Source: Octopus sinensis
Lineage: Eukaryota
Assembly: GCF_006345805.1 (NCBI RefSeq)
Contig: NC_043000.1
Location: 139,624,001 to 139,688,000 of the forward strand
Length of the DNA: 64,000 bases
Direction: 5' to 3'
In this document: piece after piece, positions 50,950 to 63,240 of the stretch
How positions within the stretch are numbered: position 1 is the first letter of the stretch
Layout of the letters: every line of letters begins with the position of its first letter
Translations under genes and position numbers: made by a program
The notes under the pieces: generated by a model
Told to the model about the DNA's origin: nothing
The model's input: only the letters and a program-made list of their open reading frames with translations
The model's database searches: none

Positions 50950-51460
50950 TGTTGCGTGTTCGCTCGTGGAAATAATACAAGAAACGAACTTTAGAAATAA
51001 CAGTGGGACTTTATTACTTCGTTAAATAATACAGTGGGCAAAGTGAAGCATCAAGAATTCTGGTGATTATATACTTCATCCATCATTTGGGTAACTTAGC
51101 TCGTGTTGTCGTGGGTTACATGTGCTCCGTTATTTTAATTTTGCTCTGGTGAATTACAGCAGCAAAATAACATGGCTCACCTTCATGAAAATCGCTCACC
51201 TCTCTGAATTTCTTTATTACCCACAAGGGGCAAAACACAGAGAGGGACAATACAGCCTGATTGGGGTCAGACACACAATGATATAACTTTTAAAAATTTA
51301 TATGATATAATGAAATCGAATGAAGCAAAAACAGGGACAAAATACAAACATGCAATGAAGCAGAGAGATGGGTTACACTCCAAGCTCCAATCTCCTACTG
51401 GAACCTTTCGACGACTTGCCACCAGAAGTAGAGTTTGAAGATCTGTTGTCGTATATAAAA

Positions 51461-51973
51461 CTAGCAGTATAGCCCGGCGTTGCTTGGGTTTGTAAGGGAA
51501 ATAACTATATAAGCATTTTTAGAGAGTTACTTCCCTTATAGATGCCAATTCGGGCTTTCTTAGCCATTTCTGTTTTGGTGTCTTCAAGCCATGAAGTCGT
51601 TGTTCTAAAAGAACGCTGGTCTCCTGGACAACGCTTTACGACGTTGATTTCCTTACACTCCCTTCCCCACAGCTTCACGAGGGAGGGAAGAAGGGGGAGA
51701 AGCAAACAGGTGCAGGTGTGACCATGGACGCCAACTCCGCCGCCATCGACACACGAAAAATTATGCATTAAAATGGAATAAAAAATTATGTTAAATTATT
51801 TTTAAAATCGTAGACTCATCGTAGACGCGCGCTAATACTCAGACGGGCTCAATATGAATCACGACTATAAGATACCCGAATTTGGTTAAACTGCACCGCA
51901 AAATGTGGGAGTAGTTAGGAATCTAAATCGAAGGGGACAGACACTCACACAACTACAGTTTTATATATATAGA
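51461..51973 (-). mobile_element. Non-autonomous Helitron H2 (H1 family plus ~210-bp extra segment)
   Basis: Same termini and body as H1. Confidence 0.75.
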
Positions 51974-52430
51974 TGATAAAAAGGAGAAAGTAAGCAAATT
52001 ATTTTTTAAATTGTTAATGACAGTAAAAACAGATGCAAAAAGAAAAGAACTGATTTATAAACGTTTAACGAAAAACATTTAAATGATATTACCTTCGATT
52101 GGGGAGCAGGAAAGCCATTTCATTTTCATTGTTATAATCCATCCTTCATTCGTTTGTTCTCTGTTTTATGTCCCCACTGTGGTGTGCTGCCTGTCCTTGT
52201 GCTGTCCCCTCTAAGTATGAGCCCGAGTGCTTAATAAAAGAAATCATAATAGAAATTGGCCTCGCTACAAGAGCATCAGAAGTACATCTATTTAACAATG
52301 ATGAAAGGATAGCAACGTAGTAATTAATTAGTTTAAGAACATAAGCAACAAACAAGCCTTTAGATGTACACGATTCGTAACTGGAGATTTCTATACAGTG
52401 GTAATACATTCTCTACTTAGTGTCACAATA

Positions 52431-52460
52431 TGCTTACCTAAAAGATATAATTAGATGACA
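52431..52460 (-). promoter_or_regulatory. Candidate recursive splice site (3'ss abutting 5'ss)
   Basis: Minus strand CTAATTATATCTTTTAG|GTAAGC, junction 52438/52437. Confidence 0.4.
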
Positions 52461-53098
52461 TGCACTTAGAAATCCTCGTGCTTGTTAGGAAGACTTTAAT
52501 CTTTGATGCCTGTGAATTAGACCTAGGTAAAAACAAATCTAAGAAGTACATTCATCCTTAGCATGCTGTCGTAAGTCACCCCACCCCAAAAAAGAAAAGC
52601 AAACTATAAATATATGTAATTCCATCGGCCACGAAATGAAGTGTGTTTTATCTAATTGATTCACCAGCTTCAATATCTAATTAGAATGAGATGATAGATT
52701 AGTCGTTGCACCAAACGATATTGGACACCCATTAGGTTTAGGAAATACCTCTTAAACAAGCTTTAACATTGTAAACCAAAAATTACTTAAAAAATACAAT
52801 CCCAAAGGTCATAAATATCTTAGATAAAACTTAATTTAAACAAGGACACCTATAAGCTCTATGTAAAAACAAAACTGACATTAACAATAAATTTTATGGC
52901 TTGTTCTGAGTTTTCCATTATGATCAATTACATTAACGCAATCTCTAATATCCCTTAGCTTAGAGATTTCCGATACTTATTGACTTTCATTTGAAAACGC
53001 TTTGTACAAAAATGCTTTGCTCAAAAAATGCTTTCGTGACATTTTCAAAATATTTCATGCTAGTGATGTTTCTGATATTATTGTTATATGTGAATATG

Positions 53099-53297
53099 AG
53101 GTGACAAGCTGGCAGAACTGTTACCATGCTGGGCAAAATGTTCAGCGGCATTCCTTCCGGCTTTACGTTCAAATAACGCAGACATCGACATTGCCTTTCG
53201 TCCTTTCCGTGTCGATTAAATAAGTAGCTGTTGAGCACGGGGACAATCTACCTCCCCAAAATTTGAGGCCTTGTGCCTATGGGAGAAAGGATTATTA
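53099..53297 (+). mobile_element. SINE family B, diverged
   Basis: Head, core and GGATTATTAT tail. Confidence 0.65.
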
Positions 53298-53383
53298 TAT
53301 GTAAATACTCACGCACTTATAATACACATGTGTGCATGTACACATCTATGGATATATCTATGTGGATTCGGTGTTGTTTAAAC

Positions 53384-53435
<52 letters not shown>

Positions 53436-53436
<1 letters not shown>

Positions 53437-54133
53437 TAGCAGTATAGGCCGGCGTTGCTCGGGTTTGTTTTTTAGTTGCGCTTAAAACGGCAGACTTTGA
53501 TGTCGCATTAACAAAATCACAGTAGCTATAATGTGTTGCACCATACAAAGGCAGTGCAGTCCAAATGATTAAGCAAAATGTTCTGTCTTACGCTAGTGCA
53601 ATAAGTTTTTCTCACAAAAAATCGATGGAAATCGCTGAATTGTACTCAACGTTGTAGCAGTTGACGACCTTGAAAATTAGTGCATTCGCGCAGCGAACAT
53701 TACTCCTCTGCATTGGATCAGCTGATCCGTCGTTCACTCAAAACCAATGACATCACAAAAAAATTATTTTCGACCCTTTAGAATTAGAATTTTTGAAAAG
53801 TAAAGATTTAGCATTATGTAGCTTGCTATTCTCTTTAGGTGAACATTTTTCTGGTTGAAATACACCGAAAAGTGGCGACACAGCAGTAAAAAAATCGTAA
53901 AAAATAGGGATTTTCATAGAAAAAAAAGCACCTTTTTTGTAAATAATTTTTGGTCTTAACATGGTCCGATTTGAAATTTTTCTACTATGGAATAAAGAGC
54001 AAGCTTTTTTTATCATACTCTCAATTTTGATCAACTTGCGCAGCAGTGTCTCGGAGGAGATAGTGTTAGTTGAAGGCTACCAAACCTTCCCCCCCCCGCC
54101 ACAGACAACTTCAGCTTTATATATATATATAGA
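53436..54133 (-). mobile_element. Non-autonomous Helitron H3 (shared 3' terminator, different body)
   Basis: Forward A|CTAGCAGTATAGGCCGGCGTTGCTCGGG ... TATAGA|T. Confidence 0.7.
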
Positions 54134-54199
54134 TAATTGTGTTTTGTTAAACCGAATTATTACCCCAAAGAAAAGTGTTAGTTTGTGAATGAAAGAGGA

Positions 54200-54760
54200 A
54201 CCATGTGGATGGTCCCTCACTTTACTGCTATGCACGGGGAAATGCTGCTTTGTTTATCACAACTAACTCTCTGAACACTTTCTCGTTACATGTATTTTGA
54301 ATCAGGTTTAGGTTCTTGCCTGTGTACTCTTTTCCTTACAATACTTTTTGAACTTCCCCAATGTGTCGATATCAGATATCTGTTTGATGGTGGACTCCTT
54401 AACAGACTTTTAACCCATTGACTCATCACTATGCAATATATCTCTGTTTTCAATACGCTGATGACACGTTGCTCCCCATCACACACATCAGGAACTCCAG
54501 CAATCAGTCAACACCTGGATATAATTGACTTGGTCTCGTTATGAATACCAAGAATAATTTACTCCTCTCCTAACCTGCTCCCAAAGCCATTATATCTAAT
54601 TTCAACGTCCACTTATCTAATAAGATATATCTTACGAGCTGATCGCCCTATCTTATCAGTCTTTCTAACACACGTACGTCCAAAAAGCATGTGGAACACA
54701 GAATTGTATCAGTCATTTCAATATTTGAAAGGCTGTTGTCATCTGAACATAGTTTTGAAA
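54200..54760 (+). mobile_element. Degenerate LINE RT remnant
   Basis: QYADDTLL followed by HQELQQSV. Confidence 0.5.
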
Positions 54761-55004
54761 ATGAACAATTTTTTCCTCGGGCGTCAAGAAGGTAGACCGC
54801 TTCCATAAACAAAACCTACATGCTTTTGTTTATGGCGCAGGAGTGGCTGTGTAGTAAGTAGCTTGCTAACCAACCACATTGTTCTGGGTTCAGTCCCACT
54901 GCGTGGCATCTTGGGCAAGTGTCTTCTGCTACAGCCCCGGGCCGACCAAAACCTTGTGAGTGGATTTGGTAGATGGAAACTGAAAGAAGCCTGTCGTATA
55001 TATG

Positions 55005-57716
55005 TGTAGTGATCCTATATAACATTGCGCGCACGCGCACCGTCCATTTCTATTTCGCGCGTGCGGTGTTGGTGCCTTCACCAAGGCAGAGAGGAAGGGC
55101 CCTCTCGCGCATGCGCGAAGCACCGGAATAAGGACCTTTTTGCCTACGTGGCAGTTAGCCGAGGCAAGGGGGTCGTAGGACGTTGACCACTAGCGTCCAG
55201 CAGCAGTCATCGACTTGAGACAAAGCGACCGAAGGCAACGGACGTATATTTTCTCGCTGTCCATCTTTGATAGCAGTCGGCCGAAGGCTTTAACCAAATT
55301 GTTGCAGACAACATCATCTTCCTCTTTCCGGACGCCATCTTTGACCAGTGTCGTTAGCATTTGAACACTGTAGATTCTACAGCGATATAGTTCAGCTCTG
55401 ACACATCTATACCAAAGGGATACCCAGATATACCACTTATTTGTTACTGTCATAAGAGAATAAAGTAGATATATATTATTTACGTCTGCGTCTTGTGGTT
55501 TCTGACTGGTAGAATCTGGATTATTAAAGCAACGGAAAATGATTGCTTCTCGCACCCCCAAAAGGTCCAGAGAAGATACACACATTTTCGTTACACTGGT
55601 GACCCCCGACGTGATTCTGGTCTAAAACCAGAGATCACTTAACAACAAAGAAATCCAGTTTTTCTGCCAGGTCGGAACACGATTTAACTCTACGCAGTCA
55701 TCATCTTTCGAAGATTTGTTTCCGGTCCCCTCGGACAGTTACAGAAGGAGCCTTTTTTATTCTTCAACATAATGACGGACGCCATCATATCATCGATGTT
55801 TTTTCTCTGCCTTTGTCATCATCATCGTCGTCTTCGAACTTCACGTCGTCGTTATCTTCGTCGCCATCACCACTAAGAACAATGTTGTCTCAAGTCCACT
55901 AGAGTCGCCTTCAACACCGTCGACACAACAAGATGTAAATAGCAACTCGCGGAAGTTTAGCCCACTTGCTGTTTGTGCATGGCACACCAAGGACTTAACA
56001 GCCCAGCACTATCTGCGAGATTCTTCTGTTCCAGTTAACCTGTCACAGCATTGAAGCCACAACCGTTGCACGATATGTGTCCAATCGGCATCTGCATTTG
56101 TGATCTCAACATTCTGTTACAGAACGAACTGCTATTGTGCATCAGGCTATTACAGACTGGTAAATTAACTCCATTGTCTGAGATAGCCCTGAGAGACATT
56201 TTTTCTATGCGCTGTATTTTTATTTTTGCTCGCATTCACCTTGTTGTATTTCTGTCGCACACACGTACACACACATAAATGCTATCTCTCTCACATACAT
56301 ACGTCACACATGCTTTTCTCGCTTATTTTTTCCATGCTAAATTTGCCTTTTGTGGACACACCTCATTTCTATAGACCCTAGGGATCACGTATATATAGAG
56401 AGGGTTGTTTGTCTATTATAACGCGCCGGCATGCCATACTTTTGTTCCTGTACGAACGAGGCATATAATCGCTCAACCACTGGCATATTCATTGCTGTTT
56501 TTCGGTCTGGCAAGCCCTATTGCATTCATGCACCTTTTGCTCTGCACGTGTACTGCCTTGTTTTTGCAACACGTTTGCGTTAGCTTAATTCTTTTCCCAA
56601 CTCAAAGAACGTCGGATGTTCACATGCGCTGCGCCATGTTTTAGGCGTAATTTTCCCCTGTTAGACCCCTGTTGGTCACGTAATTAACAGAGAAAATTAT
56701 CTGTGTCGCGCATCACACCAGCATGCTTGCACTGTCTGCCTTTTTGTGTTACTGGCGATCTATCTGTCGATTCCATTTCCTCTCCTGCAGCAATTGACTT
56801 AACTGCTATTTCGCAGGATCAACCACCTTTAGAGGAGTTGGATTTTAACTTCGCCTAGGTTCATTAACTGTGAGTCTGCTTTCCTCCCGCTCCCTGCAGC
56901 GGAAGGCTCTATACTTTGTGACGTATCCACCTTCACGCATGCACTTTTGATTTTTGCTCATTTTGAGTATTTTTACTCTTTTTTCCTTTTGGTAAATTTC
57001 TTGTGTATGATGTAAATTTTACCATTTTTATTATATTGTGTGCTATTTGGTTATCTGGTGTCCACCTTGAGTTTTATAGTCACTACAAGGAATTTTGTGT
57101 CGTGCTTCGCACTGGGGCGGAGCTCTGTAGTGATCCTATATAACGGTGCGCGCACGCGCACCGTCCATTTCTATTTCGCGCGTGCGGTGTTGGTGCCTTC
57201 ACCAAGGCAGACAGGAAGGGCCCTCTCGCGCATGCGCGAAGCACCGGAAGAAGGACCTTTTTGCCTACGTGGCAGTTAGCCGAGGCAAGGGGGTCGTAGG
57301 ACGTTGACCACTAGCGTCCAGTAGCAGTCATCGACTTGAGACAAAGCGACCGAAGGCAACGGACGTATATTTTCTCGCTGTCCATTTTTGATAGCAGTCG
57401 GCCGAAGGCTTTAACCAAATTGTTGCAGACAACATCATCTTCCTCTTTCCGGACGCCATCTTTGACCAGTGTCGTTAGCATTTGAACACTGTAGATTCTA
57501 CAGCGATATAGTTCAGCTCTGACACATCTATACCAAAGGGATACCCAGATATACCACTTATTTGTTACTGTCATAAGAGAATAAAGTAGATATATATTAT
57601 TTACGTCTGCGTCTTGTGGTTTCTGACTGGTAGAATCTGGATTATTAAAGCAACGGAAAGTGATTGCTTCTCGCACCCCCAAAAGGTCCAGAGAAGATAC
57701 ACACATTTTCGTTACA
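55005..57716 (+). mobile_element. Non-autonomous LTR retroelement (TRIM/LARD-like), 591-bp LTRs
   Basis: LTRs 55005-55595 and 57126-57716 (TGT..ACA, about 7 differences), PBS TGGTGACCCCCGACGTGAT, purine-rich GGGGCGGAG before the 3' LTR, no recognisable gag/pol ORF. Confidence 0.92.
55597..55615 (+). other. Primer-binding site complementary to tRNA-Trp 3' end
   Basis: Matches the known Trp PBS TGGTGACCCCGACGTGAT with one extra C, 1 nt after the 5' LTR. Confidence 0.85.
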
Positions 57717-58108
57717 TATATATATATATATATATGTGTGTGGGTGTGTGAGTGTGTGTGTGTGTTTGTCCCCCTAGCATTGCTTGACAACCGATGCTGG
57801 TATGTTTACGTCCCTGTCAGTTAGCAGTTCGGCAAAAGAGACCGATAGAATAAGTACTGGGCTTACAAAGAATAAGTTCCGGGTCGAGTTGCTCGATTAA
57901 AGGTGGTGCTCCAGCATGACCGCAGTCAAATGACTGAAACAAGTAAAAGAGTAAAAGAGAGAGTAGAGAGTATGCCATCATAATCATCAAATGCGAAGAC
58001 TACGTAACTAACAATGTTGTCTTAGTGAAATCAGCTATTGAAGTTTAGTATTCTTAATCACGAAACTTGCTACGACGGTCAGTAAATATAGTTCTAATGA
58101 GAAAAAGG

Positions 58109-58521
58109 GGATCTTTTCGGTTTGAACGGCAGTTTTTTCTAGCGGTGTCATATGAAATTGTCACCCATAATTATGACCCTAGTATCGATTTATTGCATTT
58201 CAATCTATTTTAGGGTTAGAGATGAGGGGGAAGGGTATCTTATTTTTCTTCACAAATGTAAATAAACCCAATCTGTTTCTTAAACGAGGGACATATTCAT
58301 ACAGCACAGAATGTTGTTTACCTCAATGGACGTCACTGATTGGTTGAAATTGCAGAAATTGAAGGAAAAAAACAACAAATATCTTACAAACAATAGAATT
58401 TTCTCAATAAAGCCAAGAGAAAAAGATGTTTTATAAACACGTTCTACTAGTATACGAAGTTGAAAATTTTTTAGTTACCTAGAAATTATGTTAAAAACTG
58501 CCGTTCAAACCGAAAAGATTC
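58109..58521 (+). mobile_element. GGATC-TIR MITE copy 5, perfect 8-bp TSD
   Basis: GAAAAAGG at 58101-58108 and 58522-58529. Confidence 0.9.
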
Positions 58522-58699
58522 GAAAAAGGAAATTTCTTCGTCAAAAACTATTCAGAGAATTAAGCAACCGCGAAAAGCTAGCACAAACATCCTCTCTCCG
58601 TTACAAAAAAAAAAAACCCCAAAAAACAAAGTAACAATAATCGCGAAGTTCAACTTTCAAGTTGTCTGAAATTGAAGTAAAAACATGAAATCCAAGTAC

Positions 58700-58834
58700 C
58701 TTTTCAAAGGGAATTACACAATCATCACCAGAGCTGTGCTTTGGGGAGTTAAAAATCAGGAGAGTTGAAAGCGTAAAGAACACAAGATGCAACAACAACC
58801 ACGCCCCCGCCGCCCACGGATGCTTGCTTGCCAT
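58700..58834 (-). CDS. Probable first coding exon of a secreted or membrane-anchored host protein (45 aa)
   Basis: AAGATGG start context after an in-frame TGA; MASKHPWAAGAWLLLHLVFFTLSTLLIFNSPKHSSGDDCVIPFEK; donor AAG|GTACTT; CpG-richer unique sequence. Confidence 0.55.
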
Positions 58835-59323
58835 CTTTGTTCTTCTCGCAAGTATTGGTCTTCTTAGTCCTCAACAGTATCAACACGGTGGAATCTCTCA
58901 TTCGAAAGGAAATAGAAATTCGCGAATGTATTAAACAAGTTGTACCGTGAATATTGAGCAATTATTTACAATATAATTAACATATTGATCAATATTATTT
59001 TTGCATTCTACAAAGATATATGTGCGTCTGATATTTAAATCTAAAATTTGTGCCATTTATTGTCTTGGTCATCGTAAGCTGTGTCAACAAAAATTTATTT
59101 GAAAACAATTATGGAATTGAATTCAAAGTTTCTATTTGTACTTTAACTACTTTTCAATTTTATTGTTTTTAATTCGTAATTTTTCAATTACACGTTTCGG
59201 TTACTATTGTAGCAATATCGTTTCCCTCATTGCTATCTTCACTGTTTGAGAAGAGTATTAAGAATAATCTCGTTCGAGATTACAAACATCTTCGGCTAGT
59301 TTAACATTGTTGTAAACACTAAT

Positions 59324-59480
59324 CCGATTGGCTGACACGTGGTCTCTACTACGTTCTCACCACTGGTTGTCACGTGACGCGATTCGCCTCCGCTTATTTT
59401 CGCGCCATTTGTTCCAAGCAGCCAATCACAGCTTTCCATTTCTGAAGTTCGTTTTGAGCCACATAAACCTTATATAAAGA
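59324..59480. promoter_or_regulatory. Candidate core promoter / motif cluster
   Basis: ATTGG 59327, CACGTG 59336, GTCACGTGAC 59369, TTTTCGCGCC 59397, CGCCATTT, CCAAT 59422, TATATAAA 59471. Confidence 0.55.
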
Positions 59481-62381
59481 AGTGTTCTCAGACAAATATC
59501 CGTCTTTGGTTCTTGTTCTTCTCAGAGCTAACCTCTGACCACACAGAGCATACTCGGCCATGTTCCGGTTCGAAAGGCAGGCGATCACCAAGCATAACTA
59601 TCCACGAAGATTTAGCTTGTACACAAGATGTTACAGATTCCTCTCATACTGTTAGTGTGAAAATATCACCACGAAAAGAACGGTTACAGGATATCTATAA
59701 CTAGAGAAAAATAACCAAGCAGAATATATAATGAAGACGCTGCAAAAACCAAGCGACAGACACGACGTCATCGCCAAACATCGTCTCTATCTACTAAGGT
59801 TTAATTTGTACACAAGACAACTACCGATTCAACTATAGCGGTTAGGTGAAAATATCAACACGGGAAAAACGGCTACAGTTAATATATCTGGAAGTATATT
59901 CATATCAAGAGAAAGATAAAACACAAGTGATTGAATTAATCTCAACTACGAGACGCAACATCTTGATATGGAACCCTTACACTCCGTGTACCTCATAAAC
60001 GGTAAATCAATTATCTGTCTTGAGTTCTAGTTCTTCTAAGAACTAACTTAGACCACCTACTGCTCAACTTAGAGATATGCGATTGTTTCTGCCTGCTGCT
60101 CAACTTAGAGATAGGCGATTGTTTCTGCTTCTACCTGTGCTATACTGATGCAAACAACATGAACTGTAAACCGAGTTCCGTGGTTAATCCTATGGTCAGT
60201 ACCTTTTTATGCCTCACGAACACACAGACACAAAACATGCTAACACTTACGAACTCTTAAAATTTACACGATTGTAAAATATGTAAAATAAATAATGTAT
60301 ATATCTCAAAAATAAATCTCGTTGTCATCCCACTTGTGTTCTATTGCCGTTGTATGTATTTTATGGCTTGTAATGATTTCGTTAAGAGTAGAGCCGCATG
60401 CGACCGTATTCCCGGCACGATACGACCGCGTGTGATCTTACTTCTTACACTATAAAGAAAATACAGAGGATAATTGCTGGAGGAAGTAAGGGAAAAGTTT
60501 TATTTGGTGGTACACACTATAGCGCTCGAGAAAGGGGATATATATTAGGTTTGCTCTAGATCGATGAATGCCGAAGCACCAACACTGCATTGGATATTCC
60601 TGGAACACCTTGGATTTAATGTCCACTAAGTTATAAATCGCCTAACCACTAAATAACAGCGTATAATAAAAAGTAGTAAAAAGGCCTTTTATGATACAAT
60701 AACATGGACGATATTCAGTAGCAAAAATCACCAAATAAATTAGTAAAAATTCGAAAGTTTTCTGCATTAATGTATATATGACAATCAGTGGGGAATACGC
60801 GACACTGCTTTCGGCCAACTTAATAATTCACTGTTTCCGAGCTTTGGGGACGACCAAAATATTATGAATATTTCAAAATATTTAACATGTTTAGAATTAT
60901 TTATTATAAATTTAGAAATAACATATTTCTGTTTCAAGCCATAATAAATGAACCGTTACCGCTACAAATACGTTGAATGTGATGTAAAGAAAACTCTTGA
61001 TTTTTTCACGTAATTTAAAAAAAGAAATTGCTTTTCATATGACAAATACGATCTTCAATATTCAAACATACATATTATATGCACCTGTGATCAACTGTAA
61101 GTAAAATTGTTCAATTTATCACTGACATAGGTTACACTGAAACAATTTTTATTTTTTGGTCTTTGTCTTCAGTCAGTAAGTGTTATTTCCTATTTGCTTC
61201 TATCTAGAAATAAAAGGAAATGACTATTACTCCCTTCAAACTTTGCTTCTGTGACTTAAACATCAGTGTTTTCAAATTGACCTATTTTTCATTACATTTC
61301 ACACTGATTCAGATCTGAGTTGTTGATGCAGAAATATCGTCCTAGCAAATATTCTGCTCAATACCACAAATTTGCTTGTTAGTTGTTTGACCTTACCCAC
61401 TTGAGCATGTGCATTATGACTGACAATATGTGCATCACTGTTCATGAGCTAGGAGCCGTGGGGGAGCATAATAGCCATATATTGAGAGGGATTCTTTGGG
61501 ATTTGAATAAATGTAGCAAAAGCAAAGTTTGATGGAAATATTAGCTATTTTTCATATTTTCTAAGGGTAGGCAAATAGAAAATAATAGCTGCTACCCAAG
61601 GAGAAAAATCGTGTTACACCGTTTTATTACAATTGTTTCTTGCCAATACGTTTGCAACCCAAGACACGAAATCACACTTCTTTCAAAACCACTGTTATGA
61701 TATTAGTAACAAGTCTACACAGAGCTTGCTTCAAGTAGTCTTTATTAGAAATACTTCTGAATGACAATATCAATGATTAAATAAACGATGTAGAAATTCA
61801 GTTTAAAAAAACGTTACCTTTAATCATTAATAAATGTAAATGCAACACAGACAACTGGCTTGAAATTGAATCGATAGAGTATCTATACTAAACTATAATA
61901 TTCGTCCCAAGTTGTGAATTGAACTATTGGCTGGAGTACGTAGCTTGCAGACGCCGGGAGCCATTTCACAACAAGCATTCCTGAAAGGAATATTTTGATA
62001 AGGTCATATGTGTGTCTAGGAGCTCTCAACAAATAACCTTTTGAAAACTGTAGGGTTTCTTCTCTTACTGATTGGTGGTAAACTTTGAAAACTGGCGACC
62101 GGTAAATATTGCTGGTAGTCTCCAATTTTCAGAAGCCATTGCATCTGTATGGCATTGAGAATTGATCCCATGTATTGCGTTTTCTCAGTAATACAGGTGA
62201 TATCACACCTTAGTGTATATGCATTGTATATGCTGTTATAAAAAGAGCTGTGCGTGTGTACACATATTCTCTTTCTCTCACTCTGTCTGCTTCTCTCTTT
62301 TTCTCTCCCCCCCCCACACACTATGAACATCATGAGAAAAGGATATTTAACTGGAAAATTGTACAACAGATGACTATTTAG

Positions 62382-62792
62382 GGATCTTTTAGGTTTGAAC
62401 GGCAGTTTTTTCTAGCGGTGTCATATGAAATTGTCACCCATAATTATGAGCCTAGTATCGATCTATTGCATTTAAATCTGTTTTAGGGTTAGGGTTAGGG
62501 ATGAGGGGAAGGGTATCTTTTTTTTCTTCAGAAATGTAAATAAACCCAATCTGTTTCTTAAACGAGGGACATATTCATACGGCACAGAATGTTTTCACCT
62601 CAATATCGATTGGTTGAAATTGCAGAAATTGAAGAAAACAAACAACAAATATCTTACAAACTATAGAATTTTTTCAATAAAGCCAAGAGAAAAAGATGTT
62701 TTATAAACACATTCTACCAGTATACGAAGTTTAAATGTGTTTAGCTACGTGGAAATTATTTTTAAAAACTGCCGTTCAAATAGAAAAGATCC
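62382..62792 (+). mobile_element. GGATC-TIR MITE copy 6
   Basis: TIRs and shared interior. Confidence 0.88.
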
Positions 62793-63200
62793 TTAATATT
62801 TTGAGAAAATGCTGTATTTTGTATCGAACAGATTCATGATATAAATTATATTGCATTAGGTATTTTCAAAAGTAACTAAGTTTATTTAAAAGTAATTATC
62901 CAAGTTCATTTGCATTTTGATAACAAAAGTATCGTTGCTTATAGACTTCCCATGGGCAAACCACTGGTTCACTGCATTTTCAGTGGTGAGAATTTTGTAC
63001 ACCTTGGGCAGAACCAAATGGGATATTTGTTTGAAAGCAAACGTTTCTGATTATTGTTCTTGCTACAGTTATCTATCCTCAGATCAGTTTTAATTAAGCA
63101 ATTCTCTGATAAAGATACTCTAACCATAATTATCCCATCTGTTATTCAGATACTGTCTGTGTATGAAGAACTACATTATTTATAGTGGCTAACAAATACA

Positions 63201-63240
<40 letters not shown>

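Larger units (their letters stand above)
54834..57958 (+). mobile_element. SINE family A split by the LTR element
   Basis: 5' half 54834-55004, 3' half 57717-57958. Confidence 0.88.

Noticed and set aside
59308-60327. Possible ~1-kb solo LTR (TGTTG..TGTCA, AATAAA near the end)
   Set aside because: No target-site duplication at the proposed ends.
61883-62366. Overlapping minus-strand ORFs of 80 and 116 aa
   Set aside because: No domain, no convincing splice sites, and partly built from simple repeats.
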